A stretch of DNA of 26,417 bases from a virus (lineage: Duplodnaviria > Caudoviricetes). The stretch covers positions 1 to 26,417 of IMG/VR virus record IMGVR_UViG_3300046450_001015. The stretch is one strand, 5' to 3'. The notes beneath the pieces were generated by a model. It was not told the origin of the DNA. It ran no database searches and saw only the letters and a list, made by a program, of their open reading frames with translations. The position numbers were made by a program, and so were the translations under genes. Positions 23,171 to 26,417 of the stretch are shown piece after piece. How positions within the stretch are numbered: the first letter of the stretch is position 1; every line of letters starts with the position of its first letter.

Positions 23171-23492
23171 TAAGTTTTTTCGCTTCCAATATCAACTTTT
23201 CATATTCATGTTTAAGGTGATCGGCCTGGCGAAGTAACTCACCAGACCTTTCTTGTCTACTTTTTTCGCCTGTTACGCGAGTCATTGTAAACGTAGTTGG
23301 TTCTTTGTCCTCAGTACCATATACTTCTTGCCACTTGTCTTTAGGACACCTAATATTCGCAATCTTTGCCTTTGCGGGCATGAAACATCCACAAGCCTTG
23401 CAAATTTTCAATACCTGTCCATATTCTTCGCAAGACCTACACGTTGTCAATCGTTGTTGATATATGTGATTTGAGGCGAATATTTTACTCAT
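23157..23492 (-). CDS. Cys-rich hypothetical protein (DUF6171-like)
   Basis: R..TCRSC...ICKACGCFM.AK......CPKDKW; TGATG overlap with the uvsX stop. Confidence 0.7.
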   Translation of the reverse strand: MSKIFASNHIYQQRLTTCRSCEEYGQVLKICKACGCFMPAKAKIANIRCPKDKWQEVYGTEDKEPTTFTMTRVTGEKSRQERSGELLRQADHLKHEYEKLILEAKKLNGTD

Positions 23493-24508
23493 CAACCAAC
23501 CCTATATTTACTTCTGATATGTTCGTCAAACTTTGGATCGCCAAGAATGGGATCCCAAAACTCATCGCTATGAGTCTCTTTCTCCCGAAACTTTTTATCC
23601 ATCACCTCACCAGTTTCCATATCGACTCGTTGTAACCAGCCACCAGATCTTGATAATACACCATAATCAACGGCCATGTCAATAAGCGCACTGAATTTAT
23701 CCACACCTCTATCCCAAGAAACTGAAATCGGGATCTTTGACTTTTCCTTTACAAAGCGAGATTTTTCAACATTGATAACAAAATGATATCCTTGAATTTC
23801 TGTACCGACTTTATCTTGTTGGCGCCCTACAATCCAAATGGTATCGGCACTATAATACATACCAGTTCCACCCGAAACTACTTTAGTTGGATACAACCCT
23901 TGAGAGTCGTATGTGTGGTTGATAGCAACCATAGGAATGTCTTTCATCGTCAGATGGGGGGTAATCATGCGAAACAAAGACTTAAACTGCTTAGCGCGTG
24001 TCATGTCCGCTGCGCTACTACCCTTCTCCGCATCTTCAACTTCTTTCTTAGATGCCAAGTTACCAACCGAATCCACCATAACGAACACTTTATCTTCAGT
24101 ATCCAATTCATTTAATTGAGACACCATATCAAATTTAAGTTCTTCTAAGTTGGTCACCGGAACGTGAATAATACGAGTCGTATCAATTTTGAAAATATCA
24201 AAATATCCCTGTGGTGTACCAAACTCTGAATCATAAAACAACACTAAACCTTCGGGGTTTTTGTCCATAAACGCCTTCATCATAATCAGGCCAAATGCCG
24301 TCTTAAAATGTTTAGAGGGGCCGGCAACCATTGTCAATCCTGACGAAAAACCACCATTGATAGATCCAGAAAATGCAACATTCATTGCAGGGATATTTGT
24401 AGGTGTACTGTCCTTTTCATGTAGATATTTCGACTCTGATAGAACGTTTACCCTACCATCTTTGAAAGACGAATTCTTTCGCAATTTTGCCATTAAGCCT
24501 TTACTCAT
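23492..24508 (-). CDS. uvsX: UvsX RecA-like recombinase
   Basis: AGPSKHFKT, FYDSEFG, DSVGNLASKKE, DMTRAK, VSGGTG..YSAD, EKSRFVKEK. Confidence 0.97.
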   Translation of the reverse strand: MSKGLMAKLRKNSSFKDGRVNVLSESKYLHEKDSTPTNIPAMNVAFSGSINGGFSSGLTMVAGPSKHFKTAFGLIMMKAFMDKNPEGLVLFYDSEFGTPQGYFDIFKIDTTRIIHVPVTNLEELKFDMVSQLNELDTEDKVFVMVDSVGNLASKKEVEDAEKGSSAADMTRAKQFKSLFRMITPHLTMKDIPMVAINHTYDSQGLYPTKVVSGGTGMYYSADTIWIVGRQQDKVGTEIQGYHFVINVEKSRFVKEKSKIPISVSWDRGVDKFSALIDMAVDYGVLSRSGGWLQRVDMETGEVMDKKFREKETHSDEFWDPILGDPKFDEHIRSKYRVG

Positions 24509-24532
24509 ATTTTTCTCCTATTTGATTCTTTT

Positions 24533-24561
24533 ATTATAACACATTTTTTTAACAATGTCAA
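24533..24561 (-). promoter_or_regulatory. Consensus sigma70 promoter for uvsX operon
   Basis: TTGACA (24561-24556), 17 nt, TATAAT (24538-24533) with extended -10 TGn; AGGAG SD downstream. Confidence 0.88.
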
Positions 24562-25091
24562 GGAAGTCTCCCATAAAATTTTACTGGGAGGCCTACAGAT
24601 TTTTTGGCATTAAAAAGATACCAACAACAATTATCTTTGCCGACGCTTTTACTACCTTCTATCCACTTTACTCTGCCGACGCTTACCACCTTTTCCAACC
24701 ATTTTTGATAGGGAGCAGATTGTTTTGTGTGCATCCAATCCGAATCAAATAACAACCATGTAGGCATTTGATTGGCGAGATTTTCAATGAGAGGGTGTAA
24801 TATTTTTCTGTTCCATGGCGGGTTTGTTATGCAAATATCGCACCCAACAATTCTATCAGTCAGGGCGTCACCGTTTCCTACAGAATCGCATAAAGGTTCT
24901 ATATCGGTCATCCAATATGCTTTTAAATCTGTTAGTTGTTCCACATGCTTTACCAATCTACCGTCACCGGCACATGGTTCTGCAAACAACCCATTATATG
25001 GCAAATGAAATACAAGGGGCAACACCGCTTCTATCGGAGTGGGATAAAAGTCTCGCTCTACTCTTTCAAAATCACTTCGTTTTCCCATCAC
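24558..25091 (-). CDS. DNA N6-adenine (amino) methyltransferase, orphan
   Basis: DFYPTP, motif I FAEPCAGDG, DIEP, motif IV ITNPPW. Start is GTG 25091 or ATG 25088. Confidence 0.88.
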   Translation of the reverse strand: MMGKRSDFERVERDFYPTPIEAVLPLVFHLPYNGLFAEPCAGDGRLVKHVEQLTDLKAYWMTDIEPLCDSVGNGDALTDRIVGCDICITNPPWNRKILHPLIENLANQMPTWLLFDSDWMHTKQSAPYQKWLEKVVSVGRVKWIEGSKSVGKDNCCWYLFNAKKSVGLPVKFYGRLP

Positions 25092-25097
25092 ACTCTC

Positions 25098-26417
25098 CTA
25101 AAAAAAGTCATCCATTGTTATAATCTTTTCGAGTTGCCAGCCAATGGTATCAGTTATAGTTTTAATCGGGTCCAAAAAGGCCTTTTCAAACTGTTTGTTA
25201 TAATCTACAAATCTATGCAAATCAAATTCTTCTGGCAGAATAGAACCTATCGCAATTGTATTATTGGCCAATGGGTTAGGCTCTTTCAGATAAACGAATT
25301 TTATCTTTTCGCCCTCTTGTATAATTGGATACGTCATGCCCAAGTTATGTTTTTCGACTAACATATTATAGTGAATGACTCCTTTAACATGAATGGGCGT
25401 ACCTTTCTTAAATACATGTACGGCATCTCTGTATTTTTTCAAACCGTTGACAGATCGCGGGAACGCAATCATATCAACATCCATTTTCTTAAATTCTTCG
25501 CGGAAGTTTTCAACATAAGCGATCAATTCATCATTGTCACCTTTCATAATAACCTTAAACGACTGCTTTAACCTGTCACGACAGGCCGCAGGGGTCGACG
25601 ATCTTACCGCCTCAATACCCATAATTTTCAACTCAGGCGCTTTATAACGAACACCTTCGTTATCCCATACATTCAAAATATAACGTTTTTTTGCAGTCCA
25701 TAGACCTTTGGATGCGATAACCTCTCTTGCCATGACCATTTTCTGATCATATGAGTTCATATACGAAGCAAGCTCCTCGTAAGACTTATTGATAAACGGT
25801 TCAAGTTTATCCTGAGCCACGCGATCCAAAAAAGATACCACTTTGTCTGCCGGGATTTTTCCTGCAGCATAGTCCTCTTCTCCAAAGACTTTCGAAACCA
25901 AGTCGCTAAAAACAACGTATATCGAGTCCGTATCTGAAGCAATGACATATTCTTTATCCTCCTTGTTTTTTAGTAGTTTGTTCATGTATTCATTCACTTT
26001 TTTCTCGATCCAGCGAATACTTAGCTGACCGGACAATGTGATCGACTCTGCCTGTCTGATGTCAAAATATCTAAAATATTGATTACCCAATGCACCATAA
26101 GCAGAGTTCAACAAAATCTTTGCGGCCATTTGTTTATTGTTTAACTGTGCAATTCTTTTATTGAGATGGATAGGGTCGCCACCGTCAATCAACTCTTGCT
26201 TACACTTCAACATCTCTTTCTTTGAGATAACTCTTTCGTCATACATACCTTGCATCAATTTGGGCAAGAACCCACGTTTTTGGTTATCATACAACACACC
26301 ATTTGGTGTTAGAGAATATCCAAAATTTTGACAAGCCTCGGTATCTGTTTTCTTTTCCAAAAGATCGTCCACGCACGTATCAACTCTGTCTGTCTCAATC
26401 AAAGTCTCTGGACTAAT
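25098..26417 (-). CDS. 43: T4-like family B DNA polymerase (gp43), C-terminal part
   Basis: Frame open to the window edge (ISPETL...); KILLNSAYGALGN, ASDTDS, KKRYILNV, KIMGIEAVRSSTP. Confidence 0.97.
   Translation of the reverse strand: MSPETLIETDRVDTCVDDLLEKKTDTEACQNFGYSLTPNGVLYDNQKRGFLPKLMQGMYDERVISKKEMLKCKQELIDGGDPIHLNKRIAQLNNKQMAAKILLNSAYGALGNQYFRYFDIRQAESITLSGQLSIRWIEKKVNEYMNKLLKNKEDKEYVIASDTDSIYVVFSDLVSKVFGEEDYAAGKIPADKVVSFLDRVAQDKLEPFINKSYEELASYMNSYDQKMVMAREVIASKGLWTAKKRYILNVWDNEGVRYKAPELKIMGIEAVRSSTPAACRDRLKQSFKVIMKGDNDELIAYVENFREEFKKMDVDMIAFPRSVNGLKKYRDAVHVFKKGTPIHVKGVIHYNMLVEKHNLGMTYPIIQEGEKIKFVYLKEPNPLANNTIAIGSILPEEFDLHRFVDYNKQFEKAFLDPIKTITDTIGWQLEKIITMDDFF

Noticed and set aside
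165-26331. Numerous plus-strand ORFs and short alternate-frame minus ORFs in the track
   Set aside because: All overlap well-supported minus-strand genes, show Ser/Phe/Leu-rich antisense composition and have no recognisable motifs.
1-26417. tRNA, rRNA or CRISPR arrays
   Set aside because: Intergenic gaps are all under about 70 nt and none shows a cloverleaf or repeat-spacer pattern.

Overview
Fragment of a T4-like (myovirus-type) phage genome, probably aquatic, with every credible gene on the minus strand. In transcription order: gp43 DNA polymerase (partial), N6-adenine methyltransferase, UvsX, Cys-rich protein, gp41 helicase, 2OG-Fe(II) oxygenase, then a ~19 kb late-promoter-driven island, a spanin/holin-like trio, gp61 primase and a class II (B12) ribonucleotide reductase (partial). 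The island is the notable part. Eight genes begin with a T4 internal-protein capsid-targeting-like leader (M-K/R-T/S-F...E). Three giant mosaic ORFs (768, 1019, ~1140 aa) are built from modules separated by recurring acidic linkers (ESVELDE, ESVLPEGF) that fit the T4 prohead-protease (I/L)-x-E site. The cargo includes a KxDG ligase-fold protein, a PNK-like kinase, a CCA-adding enzyme, a SpoT/Mesh1-type HD hydrolase, two ART-fold-like paralogs, a HIGH nucleotidyltransferase, an HNH and an RMF-like module. Working hypothesis: a capsid-packaged, protease-matured, co-injected RNA-repair / anti-defence toolkit. All family calls come from motif reading by eye; no searches were run.
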